This document shows, piece after piece, positions 43,201 to 52,323 of a stretch of DNA of 64,000 nucleotides. The DNA comes from an uncultured virus (IMG/VR IMGVR_UViG_3300027793_000086) (Duplodnaviria > Heunggongvirae > Uroviricota > Caudoviricetes). The notes beneath the pieces are model-generated. The model was not told the origin of the DNA and did not search any database. It saw nothing but the letters and a program-made list of their open reading frames with translations. A program made the translations under genes and the position numbers. Numbering within the stretch: the stretch's first letter is position 1; each line of letters begins with the position of its first letter. The DNA is taken from the IMG/VR virus record IMGVR_UViG_3300027793_000086. One strand, 5' to 3'.

Positions 43201-43658
43201 CGTCCACGTGCTTCACCAGCACCGGCTCCAACACCCAAACCAACCGCACCGATACGACCCGCAAGGCCAAGAGGACCCGCAGCCAAGAACGGCACCGTTG
43301 AGCCGAGGGCTTCGCCCAGCTTACGCCCGACTGACTCCTCGTACCCTGCAGAGGCAGCGAACGGTGCTTTGGCTGCGCCAGCGATGCTGGCAATCTTCTC
43401 CCGCGCCGTCTTCTCGTAGTCCTCAGGCAAGAGCGCAGAGGCACCCACAGCCGCTGATTCAACCAGCCCTACAGCACCGGGCACCAAGCCCTTGAACGCT
43501 TCACCAACCTGCCCGAGGACGGTTGTTTCAGGCGGCGGCTTCGCCGCATCAGGGTACTGAGCAAGCAGGGCCTGGACGATCAGCGCTTGAGGTGCCCCCG
43601 CAGGTCCCTCGATCTGATATGTCTTACCGTTCGGGGCTTGGACACGGTACAGCGCCAT
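37245..43658 (-). CDS. Large internal virion/ejection protein (polyvalent: HExxH peptidase + LPD38-like C-terminus)
   Basis: 2137 aa; Gly/Ala membrane-like N-terminus, LVHELIHA, INFSRRG..PFFNA..Y..LP...RD.NW..IP.P.E. Confidence 0.75.
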   Translation of the reverse strand: MALYRVQAPNGKTYQIEGPAGAPQALIVQALLAQYPDAAKPPPETTVLGQVGEAFKGLVPGAVGLVESAAVGASALLPEDYEKTAREKIASIAGAAKAPFAASAGYEESVGRKLGEALGSTVPFLAAGPLGLAGRIGAVGLGVGAGAGEARGRAEKEGATAEQRSTATALGIIPGAMEVFAPFRILSRIPDAATAQGVQLVKRAALAGGEEAAQEAASNFAQNLIAKGVYKPEQELIEGLGEAAAYGGATGAIVQGLMDLALGRRARAAQPAPGTLPGEKPIERAERLAAEQAAAKAAAQPPAPPAAGILPPPDTYAELVLYSEQLKTLPKSKERDEALKAAAEKRKALNVAYIEEQRSTSEAAKGFMTAEEAAAAQITPREEVTAAAEEQPAAAIEEPKVRKPGEPPATGLQPADIEALGVSKKQPIYRRMLGKDLEDPAQRDAVLADIENYLVRGNGTEESRTKLTEFKAKFAPPPVQPETPSVAEPQPEAGGAGVPVAGGPAAVSTAEGVGPEPDGVVSPVADVTGAAGREGTEPPAVTPPTPAQIERELTSLIESGRITEEQAADYRAELLGEAEEAPTTVMGQAQSDALSPAETGTLKQKLEKAGATGVFEVRDGKPILDIPAVRQALKGRDPKMLKAVLTYIGVDEDGDYLPTTYSADEAAQSVGLAKSSGANVRRIAETLGITADVISRFQAAQTGAIGIAKNVSEASLSGISVENPKAGILYEAPAKPVQTDAEYDALVARVKALQVDGKAPKKDAPNFKEYKEAEKALKQATPKVQAFFRPALTKTGSFDFSKLDTRQLADIYSRASRYDAKDNTAVMQQLNAEVAARRKADRVGTDAAINRAYGKLVAEEEAQTEEEGIIPEEVAPDQVLTEEEAAQAEAAAEAEAEAARDSTTRRLSDEDTDFQQTRTGPVDLENSKQMDAALRGKSFTESIDYAIRNARDDLDRQILVKVKRRAEELANNGVQFDFELTPQGRVLTGALGVATTTPAGLGDAMAVKVTLNGFTGNPSNTINQETLVHELIHAVTSAQITYAPQSTAAIKLRALQQELVSIYNQRYKAKTLTATEKGVILNALENPKELLAYGLTNGETQNWLASITDPSGGTFLSRMFNIVSQVLGLKGKETSALARLMAVSEEILDESLVPYIAEANRRGLSFGKQANTTGIPSWVLKESRGLKPVWNKGPVALYEGTSTANKTIYVAAKQGVIVTNVDIRSYSGAGFTPAELAELKQAADNLTPQASPRLTPQTEAAVKDVDVIGEKERQTLTQRIAQDLKGNPALKLRMKFTDSLAPLEDFFVNAYGGATRTAKGRLNPMVLLSRALDSLRVSKAVQEQGGLGFDSGLIVAKDLQDAEGRPVSYTGVLNRIAEAAKQRGETYEAFRTKLDTVLYGHREHGLRETNKTLPKTDRIELLLPDAKIDELEAAFQKDDFIKQISADLDTIRFNLLDTLVDTGRISKDRAQDYKDATGYIPFNRLGDYEKAYQSTKGANRGVAALRNIRKLEGSGRKTTSPVENFSGLVDWATKEAMKNHAALSALKDMALMGAAFKRPTKPAKDSPGDMVTVYDNGKPVEYYVPDPAHFIAFSIQDPVIPDSFKLLQKGSQILRAGVTSMPPFAIKQVFDDIVRAYTYAGVKNNAALVKSVMLNFPKNWVNEIFKKKPKDIKNLEALGIVGTFDFSQQGNLKNILEEAGAKEEGLGSKIMRVMEAGAKASDLAVRQAVYDQVMKETNGDKAQAESAAREIINFSRRGSSQVMNLLISVIPFFNAYARGMDKLATAAAGGVVGQSTGTARSMFYKRMGVMTSMGLLYALLMQDDEEYQQLPDHVRDTNWILPYGKELGFVPAIPIPAELAFFFKAIPERIVRYYKMYGTEEEQTALDVVGNLAKRGVDVFSSPNITPQVLRPFVENMTNYSWFLGRPLESQAQQALRPFERYGTGTSDAMKALAKSLEDAANATGIEAFAVSPIKLENAVRGIFGTAAGLGLSMADMMINPGRTDRPLNQQLGAQLTGLSAVIKDPIGTRQLDFIYDLEKRVEQVNGTVNRLMERKPEDVDQFIQDNIGLYSIRGPVQGVMSGIRALNQAAMMIDRDTSLSPEERRKRIDELRVEQNKLAQQAQMLRKMARDIQMGR

Positions 43659-43662
43659 TTAC

Positions 43663-45384
43663 TTATCCCCCGACAGGAGTTACTTTGAACAGCTTGAGGA
43701 TGTCAGGATCAATCCCACCAGCGGCAGGAGCAGCGGGGGTTTCTTTACCTACGATCCGATTGTATTCACGCTGAATCAGAGTGTCGATAAACTTTTGCTG
43801 GTCAAACGGCCTACCAGTTTTCTGTGCTTCTATCTTCGCGTTCTGCAAAAGCAGGGGTAGGTTCTTGTCCTGCCTCACATTGTCCGTAGCTTTTTCACGC
43901 AGGTTAGCCTTTTGAGATTCAGTCAGTTCACCAGATCCACGCATCGATGCAGCTTTTAGGGTGGCAGCTATCTGTTCTTGAGCGCTCAGTCGTTGCAGGT
44001 CCTGACCACGAGCAGTGAGTCTACGCTGTTCAGCGCGGTCCGCTTCGGTGGCACGCTCCTTCTGAATATTCAACCGGGTCAAGCCAAGGTTAGCCTTGGC
44101 TTCTTCAACCTTGAGCGCCGCATTGCGTTCACCCTGGACATCACCGGTTGTCTGCGCCAACTTGAGATCCGCTTGAGCTTGACGGAGTTGATCAAGTGCG
44201 TTCTGTTCTGCACGGTTCTCACGTTGTACAAGCTCTAGTGCCCTGCGCTGTTCGCCACGAATAGCCCCAGCTTCCTGACCGATGCTGCTGAACGCATCAC
44301 CAATACGCTTGCCGCCCTTCATCGCGCCGAGCATGCGGAACAAGGCTTCTTGGTTGTCGAAGAGGCTTTGAGATAGCGGCATACCCGCAGCTTCCAACGC
44401 TCCTGCAGCGCGTTTTTCACGCTCACCAATACCCCGCTGGGCAAGCTCAGCGGCTTCCTTCCGAGCAGCGACGATGCGCGGGTCAACTTGAGCCTGCGAC
44501 GCCAAAAGTTTCTGCAGTCCTTCGACTCGGGCGCGTTCATCTGCCTCAAGCTCAGCCAGCCGATCAGGCGCAGGGGTTCCCGTCTGCTCTACAGCACTAC
44601 CAAGTTGTTGCAGGGGTGTAGCGGGTGCCGCTTGTGGGCGGTTTTGAGGACGCGGTAGCCCAGTACCCGGACGTGTCGCGCCTGGAGGGCGTGGTGCTGC
44701 AACGGGGGCAGCCTGCATTGCCGCTTCCATTTGTTGTGCAGTCATTGCTGTAGGAGTACGTGCTTTCTCAGCCGCAAGCACCTCGTCAATCCCGCTGGAA
44801 TACGAAGGAGCAGCAAACTTACGAGACGTAAGCTCTATACCAGCAGCGCGGAGTTTTTCATTCTCCTCCGGCGTCCGTATCAGCGGACTCTTTTTCAGGA
44901 TACGTTCGATTTCAGGGTTACCCCCGCTTTGGAACGCCACCGCACCGCCACCTGCGTAGCTGTGCATCTCGCCACCGTGCGCTGCCATGACGGGTGCTGC
45001 CTGGGGTTGGAGTTGACGACGGGCCTGTGCCACAACTTCGTCTGCAATCGTGCCTTGCTGCGCAGCGTTTTGTCGCATAGCAAGTTCGTTTGCAACCGCC
45101 TTCTTCGTAGCAAAATTCTTCTGCTGTTCAATAATCGCAGCAAGAACTCGGTTCGCGGGCACTGGTGACCTGGGGTCAAACAGCATTTTCGTAAGTTCTT
45201 CAGTGTCGTAGCCCGCTGTCAAGGCAGGCACAAACGCCGTCAACCCAGGTTTCGGCCCCGACTGGCTAGGCATCATCCCCGGCATCGGTGGTGTTTGCAT
45301 AGGCGCTTGACCGGGCATCGGAGCTTGCGCCCCTTGTGGCATCTGCGCCCCTTGTGGCATCACCGAACGAATACCTTGCTGCAT
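43663..45384 (-). CDS. Internal virion/ejection protein
   Basis: 573 aa, Gln/Ala-rich coiled coil; AHGG/YAGGG/FQSGG motifs. Confidence 0.65.
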   Translation of the reverse strand: MQQGIRSVMPQGAQMPQGAQAPMPGQAPMQTPPMPGMMPSQSGPKPGLTAFVPALTAGYDTEELTKMLFDPRSPVPANRVLAAIIEQQKNFATKKAVANELAMRQNAAQQGTIADEVVAQARRQLQPQAAPVMAAHGGEMHSYAGGGAVAFQSGGNPEIERILKKSPLIRTPEENEKLRAAGIELTSRKFAAPSYSSGIDEVLAAEKARTPTAMTAQQMEAAMQAAPVAAPRPPGATRPGTGLPRPQNRPQAAPATPLQQLGSAVEQTGTPAPDRLAELEADERARVEGLQKLLASQAQVDPRIVAARKEAAELAQRGIGEREKRAAGALEAAGMPLSQSLFDNQEALFRMLGAMKGGKRIGDAFSSIGQEAGAIRGEQRRALELVQRENRAEQNALDQLRQAQADLKLAQTTGDVQGERNAALKVEEAKANLGLTRLNIQKERATEADRAEQRRLTARGQDLQRLSAQEQIAATLKAASMRGSGELTESQKANLREKATDNVRQDKNLPLLLQNAKIEAQKTGRPFDQQKFIDTLIQREYNRIVGKETPAAPAAGGIDPDILKLFKVTPVGG

Positions 45385-45393
45385 GTCGATTCC

Positions 45394-46443
45394 TTACTTC
45401 GGGTTCATGGCGTTGTACAGCGCCAGTCCAGCCAGTGCGCCTTGCAGGCCGGTAAACATCCCAGACTGTCCAGAGGTTTCAGAGTACGGTGTAGCTTGCA
45501 GCGGCAGACCACCCAACAGAGACTGCATGTACGTAGCTTGCTGATACGGGAACTTCACCGACTCTTGGAACTGCTGATAGCCAAAGTCCAGAGGCTGCTG
45601 TGCAATTGCACGTTCCTTCTCTCCCGCTGCCATCTGCGCCTGCAAGCCCTGAAGCCCTGCGCCAAACTGCTCCAAACCATACTTGGCACCGAATTGGCTG
45701 GACTGTTCGCCCAACTGCTGCGACTCAAGACCCAACTTGGACTCTGCCAAGCGTTGTTGCATAGCGCGATCATAGGCACCTTGCAGGCCCTTGGTCGTGA
45801 TGTCCTCCATCTGCTGCTGCAGATTGCGTTGACGCTCAGACTCCATGATGGCTTGGCGTGACCCACCATACGCACCGGCTTGAGCCAGACGCGCTTGCTC
45901 TGCTTGCCGCCCGATGTCCGCTTGGCGGCGCATCTCCCGCGAAGTAATGTCCGTGACAGCCGTTGTGTACGGACTCATGTAGTCTTCGACAGACTTGAGC
46001 GAACCAAGACCAGTATCAAACTTAGTGCCCTGATACTCGCCAGTAGGTGCTGTTAACCCGGCAATACCCTTAAAAGCCGCTTTCAGACTTTCTGGTGTCT
46101 CAGCAAAACGCTGTCCTGTGAACGACTTATACGGCAGATTCGCCGCAATTTGCCCCTTCGCCAGCATGTCATAGACATACGACGAGAAGTTAGGGCTCAA
46201 TGTGGACTGTGCCGCAGGGATTGTGGTGGTAGTTGCTGTGACAGGCGTGCCGGTATAGCCTTTGGTTTTCATCCAGTTAATGTCATTCTGAGGCACCCCA
46301 GCTTGTAAAAGCTGCGCTTCTGTAATGCCTTGCTTATTGAAGTAATCGATCTTCTCCAACGCATCATCGTATGCGCCACCTGCTACGCCCCATGTTGAGG
46401 GTAGTGTTTTACCAATTCTTGCGGCCATTTCTTGGGGGGTCAT
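45394..46443 (-). CDS. DNA pilot/ejection protein
   Basis: Y.GQRFA, YMSPY, AGAYGGSRQA, FPYQQ; hydrophobic Gly-rich C-terminus. Confidence 0.7.
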   Translation of the reverse strand: MTPQEMAARIGKTLPSTWGVAGGAYDDALEKIDYFNKQGITEAQLLQAGVPQNDINWMKTKGYTGTPVTATTTTIPAAQSTLSPNFSSYVYDMLAKGQIAANLPYKSFTGQRFAETPESLKAAFKGIAGLTAPTGEYQGTKFDTGLGSLKSVEDYMSPYTTAVTDITSREMRRQADIGRQAEQARLAQAGAYGGSRQAIMESERQRNLQQQMEDITTKGLQGAYDRAMQQRLAESKLGLESQQLGEQSSQFGAKYGLEQFGAGLQGLQAQMAAGEKERAIAQQPLDFGYQQFQESVKFPYQQATYMQSLLGGLPLQATPYSETSGQSGMFTGLQGALAGLALYNAMNPK

Positions 46444-47315
46444 TACGCACTCCTCTGCAACTTGTTCATGATTGCGTACATACGCTGTGCACCGCCTTGG
46501 TCATCAACTGCGGCTTTGGGGACGTACGCTTCACCGTTGGACACTTTGGCAGGGGTTATCCCGTTGGGGCCTCTGATCACGGCGGGGGTGAGATCTTTGC
46601 GTCCTGTTGGATCAGGGGGGCCTCCGATCATTCTCGCACCGGGCACCAGTTGCTGTATACCCCTTGGGCCACCCGCACCGTCCACAGCCTTCTTGGTCAT
46701 GACGAAGCCGCCATCTTCCATTTGTACCTTACCGCCGTTGGCGTAAGCCTGCATCAAGCCGCCGTTGGCTGCGTAGGTCACCAGCGGGCCGTACTTGCCC
46801 TGGACTGTAGTTGGCGTGAGTTGCCTGGACGGACCTGCGTAGGCCTCTGTCGTACCACCGCCGTAGCTGGTGCCCTTCTGCCGGTCGAGGTAGCTGAGCA
46901 GCGCTAGGATACCCGCCATGCCGGTCTTTGATGTGGCAGCGTCGGCAGCCTTGGAGCCGAAAGACTTGATGAGATCCCACGCGCCCTTCCCCGACTTCAG
47001 GTATGACAGGTCGTAGTTTTTGCCAAGAGGATCTGTCCATGTCTGCTTGGACGCATCATATTTCCAATCTTTCCAGCGCTCGTTTGGCCCCGCTGCGATA
47101 TCGCCAGGAGTTGTGCCGCTGGCAAAGTCAATAACCCATTTACCAGACGTCTCATCGTAATAGCCTGGAAGGGCATTTAAAAACTCACTGCTGTCCCCAG
47201 CAGGTAGGGGCGTTGCGTTTTGCTGACTGAAATAGTCTGTCCAATCAAAATCTTCGACAGATGGCGTACCACCTGACAGCCAGTTGAAATCGCCGAAGTC
47301 TACGTTATCACTCAT
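46443..47315 (-). CDS. Internal virion protein with ANGG repeats and D..PA..SNGE.Y.P domain
   Basis: YAANGG/YANGG, TGRKDLTPA..AKVSNGEAYVP. Confidence 0.65.
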   Translation of the reverse strand: MSDNVDFGDFNWLSGGTPSVEDFDWTDYFSQQNATPLPAGDSSEFLNALPGYYDETSGKWVIDFASGTTPGDIAAGPNERWKDWKYDASKQTWTDPLGKNYDLSYLKSGKGAWDLIKSFGSKAADAATSKTGMAGILALLSYLDRQKGTSYGGGTTEAYAGPSRQLTPTTVQGKYGPLVTYAANGGLMQAYANGGKVQMEDGGFVMTKKAVDGAGGPRGIQQLVPGARMIGGPPDPTGRKDLTPAVIRGPNGITPAKVSNGEAYVPKAAVDDQGGAQRMYAIMNKLQRSA

Positions 47316-47316
47316 A

Positions 47317-49050
47317 TCAACCTCTCAAATCGTACATCAAGTCAAACGGCGATTCTGGTGTGCCGCGTGCCACGTTAACCTGTGCGGGCGCTTGCCGATC
47401 CTGACCTTGTCCGCCCATAGCGCCGAGGAGTGCAGCAAGCCACTCCAAGTTGGGATCACTGCTGGTGGCAGGTGTAGCCGGTTTCGTCCCAGGCGTGGTC
47501 GGTTTCGTCCCAGGCTTCATGGTGTCAACCTTGGCAGAGGGCAAGCCCGTGACCAGATCCGGCTCTTTGATCTCGGTGCCTTCCAGCTTCTCATCTGGGC
47601 TGACCTTGGTCACGGTGCCAATGTCTCGAATGCTCTTGGGCTCAATCGGCGGGAAGAGATCCAACGTGTAGTCAGGTATTGGCGTTGTCTCGCGCTTACC
47701 CGTAACCTCGATAGTCTGCGGCTCACCTTCGGTTACGTTGACACGACGCTCAGGATCTACAAACGGTTGCAGCCACGGATCAATGTTCAGGTCATCTCTA
47801 CGGCCCGTAACACCCACTGTTTGGCTCGTCTCTTCACTCGGTACTTTGCCTGCCTGCAGTGCGGCATCTAACGCATCATCCCATTCAGGTACGCCCGAAT
47901 ATGTAGGCGTTGCACCTTCTTGATACCAATCATCGGCAGTTGCGGCTGCAGTTACGTCAATGGTCGGCCTATAAGGATCAAGCGCCCAGTCAGGTAGGTC
48001 CCCTGCGTCGGGCTCCATGTACCCTGGTCCATCGACATCAAAGAAGCCTTCTTGAATTTCTCCCGGGGTTTCGTATCCAGGGAAGTAACCCTTGCCCCCT
48101 GTCGAAGAGGGTAGTTCTTTCATCAAGCTGCCAATGAAAGAATTGATAACCGCCTTCTCGGGGTCTTTACCAAGCATGCCTGCCGTAGCGGCGGAGGTTA
48201 CCGCATTGCGTACTGGTGCAGGTACATCCTTGAGATACTCGTTAAGCGTAGAGTTTGTGCCTTTGACAAGTACGTCAGTCCCCGCGCTTGTAGCACCGCT
48301 AGCTGCGCCCGTAAGCAAAGCATCAACAATGCTGTCACCAGTCATTGCAGCACCAAGAGCCGAACGCCCAGCGCCTTGCACAGCACCAGAAGCAATTTTG
48401 CCCAGCATATCGCCACCAACGGCTTGACTTGCTGTCTTGCCAAGGTCTGCTAAATACGGAGAAGCAAGCTGCCCGATACCGCCAGTGACGCCCCCCATGA
48501 GAGCGCCCTTAAGAATATCCCCGCCAGTGACGGCTGCGCGAGTGCCACCTAGCAATGCGCCTGCCCCAGCGGCACCACCTAGACCACCGCCAAGCATTCC
48601 TGCAAGACCGGGAGCCGCCCATGCAGAAGCTAAAGTGAGCGCAATATTTCGCGCTTTACCCGCATCGCTACTTGATCCCCAGACGGGAACTAAACGCCCA
48701 TCTTGTGTGGCTACAAGGCTTACATTACCCTTACCTTCAGGAGTCCATGCCGCTTGGGCACCGGGATCAAACTTGGCTTGGCTAAGATCTGTGATGCCTT
48801 GCTGCTGTAAACGTCGAGCAAAGTCCTCTGCAACATATGGCAATAACCTACCGCCAATTTCTGCTTGATCTGTCCCAGCACTACCAATACCGACGTTCTC
48901 GCCAAGCCCCTGCCACCCGGCAAGAAGTTGAGTCTTCAGCTTTTCAAGCGAAGCGTCCTGGGCCTTCTGCTGGTCAAGGATCTTCACCAAGTCTTCTTGG
49001 GAGACAAAGTCTCGGACATAGTCCGGCAGGAAGGATGTTAGGTCTTCCAT
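47317..49050 (-). CDS. Gly/Ala-rich membrane-associating ejection protein
   Basis: Long GxxxG-rich hydrophobic segments followed by an acidic Pro/Thr-rich tail. Confidence 0.6.
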   Translation of the reverse strand: MEDLTSFLPDYVRDFVSQEDLVKILDQQKAQDASLEKLKTQLLAGWQGLGENVGIGSAGTDQAEIGGRLLPYVAEDFARRLQQQGITDLSQAKFDPGAQAAWTPEGKGNVSLVATQDGRLVPVWGSSSDAGKARNIALTLASAWAAPGLAGMLGGGLGGAAGAGALLGGTRAAVTGGDILKGALMGGVTGGIGQLASPYLADLGKTASQAVGGDMLGKIASGAVQGAGRSALGAAMTGDSIVDALLTGAASGATSAGTDVLVKGTNSTLNEYLKDVPAPVRNAVTSAATAGMLGKDPEKAVINSFIGSLMKELPSSTGGKGYFPGYETPGEIQEGFFDVDGPGYMEPDAGDLPDWALDPYRPTIDVTAAATADDWYQEGATPTYSGVPEWDDALDAALQAGKVPSEETSQTVGVTGRRDDLNIDPWLQPFVDPERRVNVTEGEPQTIEVTGKRETTPIPDYTLDLFPPIEPKSIRDIGTVTKVSPDEKLEGTEIKEPDLVTGLPSAKVDTMKPGTKPTTPGTKPATPATSSDPNLEWLAALLGAMGGQGQDRQAPAQVNVARGTPESPFDLMYDLRG

Positions 49051-50408
49051 TACGTCAGATCCCAGAATGAGAGGCTACCGATGGCGCTATGGGTGCCGGA
49101 CAGCGACCGGACGGCCAGCGTGTAAATGTCCGATGTACCAGCAATGGTTGCGCCAAACTGCAAGTCCCAGTTGTAATCCCCGACCCCAACAGCGATGCCA
49201 TTGGCAAGGTTGCTAGACAGAACGTACTGCTGTTGCACTATGGTCCCGCCTGTGTACGATGTGGCCGAGAGATCTTGCTGGACATTGCTGGAGTCCGACG
49301 CCACCCATGAGGCTCCGGTCAGCGTTGGGTTTTTGACCAGCACAATCTCAAAGGTCGTGGCCGAAGTCGCCGTGGGCAGAACCGAGTATCCATCAGGAAT
49401 CACGATAGCGCCAGTCCTTCCCGAAGCAAGGCGCAGGGAAACCAACGGGACAAAGGTCGTGGAGATAGACCCGTTTACCGTGGTCATCCGCGCCACATTC
49501 AGCGCAACCTTCTTCTCGTAGCCGCCCTCAGAAATCACTGTGGAGCAGATTTGCTTGAGTGTGCTGGCACTTGCCGCAGTCCCGGTATTTGTGATCTCGT
49601 AACGCACCGGCAGCATGGCCGTGGTCATGTAGACCGAGTTCAGATTGTTGGCATTCTGGAACGTGTGGCAGATAATGTACCCGCCGTCAATCACGAATCC
49701 AACCCGCACCGAGCCGACACCCAACCATTCAAAGTCTTCCCAGAGGATCTGCGCTTTGGTCAGGTCGAGGGTATACCCTGAATCTCCAGTGCCGTCGAGC
49801 TTGTCGCCGTTCCAACTGGACTGAGGCACCACCGTATCCACGGGCGCACCGGAGGTGTATGTGCGCCTGACGATGTTGGTGTCCAGCCCGTTGCGCTCAA
49901 GAAAGACGCCGTTCTGTTCGTTGAAGTAACCTACCCTGGTGCGGACGTTGGCCTTGGCGGTATCCATCACAAAGGTGTTGAGCGAGAGCAGGCCCTTCCC
50001 AGGCTGATATGAGAACGAGCGGTATGACTGCCGCACCACTGAGCTACCTGAGCTTGTCGTAACATTGAGCAACACCGTGCTGGCGTTGGCGTCATAGGTC
50101 ACCGTGCCGCCCGTGGCGGTAGTCTCGTCAAACAGATCGTTCTTGACGTAACGGTTTTGAGAGTCAAACAGCGTGTATGGCCCGCTGGTGCGTAAACGCC
50201 CAAAAGCATCTGTGTTTGTGCCGCCAATCGAAACTGGAACAGCGCTTCCTGTTGTAGTCACGATCTGCTCCAGCAGGTTATCTAGTTGGTTGAAGTACAG
50301 ACGTAGGATGTTGACGAGGTTGTCAAGGTAACCCTTGTCGTAGTCCTGTGTGGGCTTTGGCAGCGGAGGCGCTTTGAAGCGCTTGATGATGGTGGACCAG
50401 ATAGTCAC
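49050..50408 (-). CDS. Tail fibre/spike-like virion protein
   Basis: N-terminal P.LP....Y..LRLYFNQLD anchor followed by a DAFGRLR..LFDS / YQPGK / WLGVG.VR.GF beta domain. Confidence 0.65.
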   Translation of the reverse strand: MTIWSTIIKRFKAPPLPKPTQDYDKGYLDNLVNILRLYFNQLDNLLEQIVTTTGSAVPVSIGGTNTDAFGRLRTSGPYTLFDSQNRYVKNDLFDETTATGGTVTYDANASTVLLNVTTSSGSSVVRQSYRSFSYQPGKGLLSLNTFVMDTAKANVRTRVGYFNEQNGVFLERNGLDTNIVRRTYTSGAPVDTVVPQSSWNGDKLDGTGDSGYTLDLTKAQILWEDFEWLGVGSVRVGFVIDGGYIICHTFQNANNLNSVYMTTAMLPVRYEITNTGTAASASTLKQICSTVISEGGYEKKVALNVARMTTVNGSISTTFVPLVSLRLASGRTGAIVIPDGYSVLPTATSATTFEIVLVKNPTLTGASWVASDSSNVQQDLSATSYTGGTIVQQQYVLSSNLANGIAVGVGDYNWDLQFGATIAGTSDIYTLAVRSLSGTHSAIGSLSFWDLT

Positions 50409-52321
50409 GATTTACGCCCATCCAAGCGAACATCAATTCTGGGTGAACCCAACTGCCACTGCACGCCGATCTGATCTGATGCTGCCTTGATAGACATTTG
50501 CCTACCGCGCACGCGGATGTTGACCTGTCCTGTGTACTGATCAATCGGCACCGTTGTGCTTCGCACCACAGGATAGGAGTTATCCCCGGCCACCGACATA
50601 TCTGTAGTCACAGACGGAACCGGCACAGTGCCTCGGGTATACCCTGAGCCCGAATTCTGCAAAGGCAGCAGCGTCAGATTCATCGTCGGGCTGGTAGCCG
50701 TAGATCCTGTGAAATTGACGTCAGGGATTACTCGCCAGACAAAACCAAAGTTGTGTCCGTCGTCTATGTCAAACTCGGACGAAGTAATAAACGCTGCAAT
50801 TGGAAGTGTCGTGACTGTAGCGTTGTCGTCTACTCCGGTTTCTTGATACAGCAAGCGGTTGTTGTAATCCGCAGCCATCGGCACATCGCTTGAAACGCTT
50901 GTGTCAATCCAAGCCGTGCGGCCCAGGTTGCCGTAGTACCATGCCTTTTCTACATAGTTGTATATGACGTAGCGATCCACAACCGTAGAGCTTGCGGAGC
51001 AGTAGAACCACCAGATCTCGTTAAACTGCTCGTTGGTGGATGCAAAAACTTGTTGTGCTTGGTTGGCATTAAAGTCGCTAAAGACATACTGCCTGAGGTC
51101 GCAGACAAGCGTTTCAACGCGACCGTCGTAGCGATAAAACTTGCCGTTACCCATCCAATAGTTAATGCCTGCAGCAGTGGCCCAGGCTCTGTCGCTGACA
51201 ATGGAGGTGTTGTCGGACAGAAGCTGCGTGCCCCAGACAATTGGCGGGCCGAGGTACTGCAGTGAGTACATAGCCGTATCAGTCCACACCAAAAACTCTT
51301 GGCGAACCTGCGCTACAGCTTCGATTCTTGAGCCGTGGGACAAACGCACACTGCCCGCTTGGTTAGTGGCTGCAGGAGTCCAGTTGACAGCGCTCTCTTG
51401 GTCCGACCAGCGAATGAGCATGGTGTCCTGCACGCTGGAACCGTAGTCGTTGCAGCCGAACGCCAGCACAAACCGAGAAGTGTCAGATACCGTTAAAAGA
51501 TGCTGCACCGTTGGAACGTCTGAAGCTCCAGCCAATGAACTGAGCGCTACACCACGAGTCGTTAATCCAGAAGAATGATCCCAGTAATACATCCCGCCAT
51601 CTAACGGGCCAAAGATCAGGTCTTCACCAAAGTTGTCGTGGTTCCAAATGCGGATGTTTGTAAGCGCGGCACCTGTAGTGCCAATACCCCACCCACCACC
51701 GCCCCAGCCACCCGCGCCCCACCCGGTAAGCGGCACTTGGATAGCGTCGCCTGTATTAACTTGGTAATTGGCGACAACTGCCGCACCACCATACGAACCC
51801 GCTGCGATTGACGAGCCCGTAGTGATTGTGTACGTATCAACGGTCAGAACCGTAATTTGAAACTCAGCATTGAATGTGGAAGCATAAGTGCCTGTAGCTC
51901 CACTGAACGTAACGTAATCTCCGGTGATGCCGCCATGAGCGACATCTGTCACAGTTACTGTGGTTGTACCATTACCCGCAAAAGGATTGCCTGTGCCAGG
52001 AGGATTAGGCCCCAGCATTGGATTGACAGTCTTCCTGATCGGGGTAATATCGTTGTACACGCCGCCGCCAGCAAGCGCAATGTAGTATTTTAGGTGCGTA
52101 CCTACGCCAACGTATTTAAGCCCGTTAAGCGCCGCCCAAGCCCACAACGTTCGACAGACCCCGATGAATTGATCGTTGGTAATTTGTTGCCAACCGCCAA
52201 TCTTTTCAGGCTGTCCTGAGCGAAAGCGAATCTTGTCGCACGAAAACCAACCGCCCTCAGTGGAATAGCGGGTTCCTTCGCGGTTGACACCGGGCTTGAG
52301 TTGTAGCTTCTTGAGCGGCAT
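50405..52321 (-). CDS. Tail tube/nozzle (stabilisation) protein
   Basis: 638 aa, PG.NRE.T.Y, P.KIGGW, IRWSDQE, EIWWFY, beta-propeller-like. Confidence 0.75.
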   Translation of the reverse strand: MPLKKLQLKPGVNREGTRYSTEGGWFSCDKIRFRSGQPEKIGGWQQITNDQFIGVCRTLWAWAALNGLKYVGVGTHLKYYIALAGGGVYNDITPIRKTVNPMLGPNPPGTGNPFAGNGTTTVTVTDVAHGGITGDYVTFSGATGTYASTFNAEFQITVLTVDTYTITTGSSIAAGSYGGAAVVANYQVNTGDAIQVPLTGWGAGGWGGGGWGIGTTGAALTNIRIWNHDNFGEDLIFGPLDGGMYYWDHSSGLTTRGVALSSLAGASDVPTVQHLLTVSDTSRFVLAFGCNDYGSSVQDTMLIRWSDQESAVNWTPAATNQAGSVRLSHGSRIEAVAQVRQEFLVWTDTAMYSLQYLGPPIVWGTQLLSDNTSIVSDRAWATAAGINYWMGNGKFYRYDGRVETLVCDLRQYVFSDFNANQAQQVFASTNEQFNEIWWFYCSASSTVVDRYVIYNYVEKAWYYGNLGRTAWIDTSVSSDVPMAADYNNRLLYQETGVDDNATVTTLPIAAFITSSEFDIDDGHNFGFVWRVIPDVNFTGSTATSPTMNLTLLPLQNSGSGYTRGTVPVPSVTTDMSVAGDNSYPVVRSTTVPIDQYTGQVNIRVRGRQMSIKAASDQIGVQWQLGSPRIDVRLDGRKS

Positions 52322-52323
52322 GT

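Noticed and set aside
45328..45362. 18-bp tandem repeat (MPQGAQ twice); also KPGTKP twice near 47480-47515
   Set aside because: Ordinary low-complexity coding duplications
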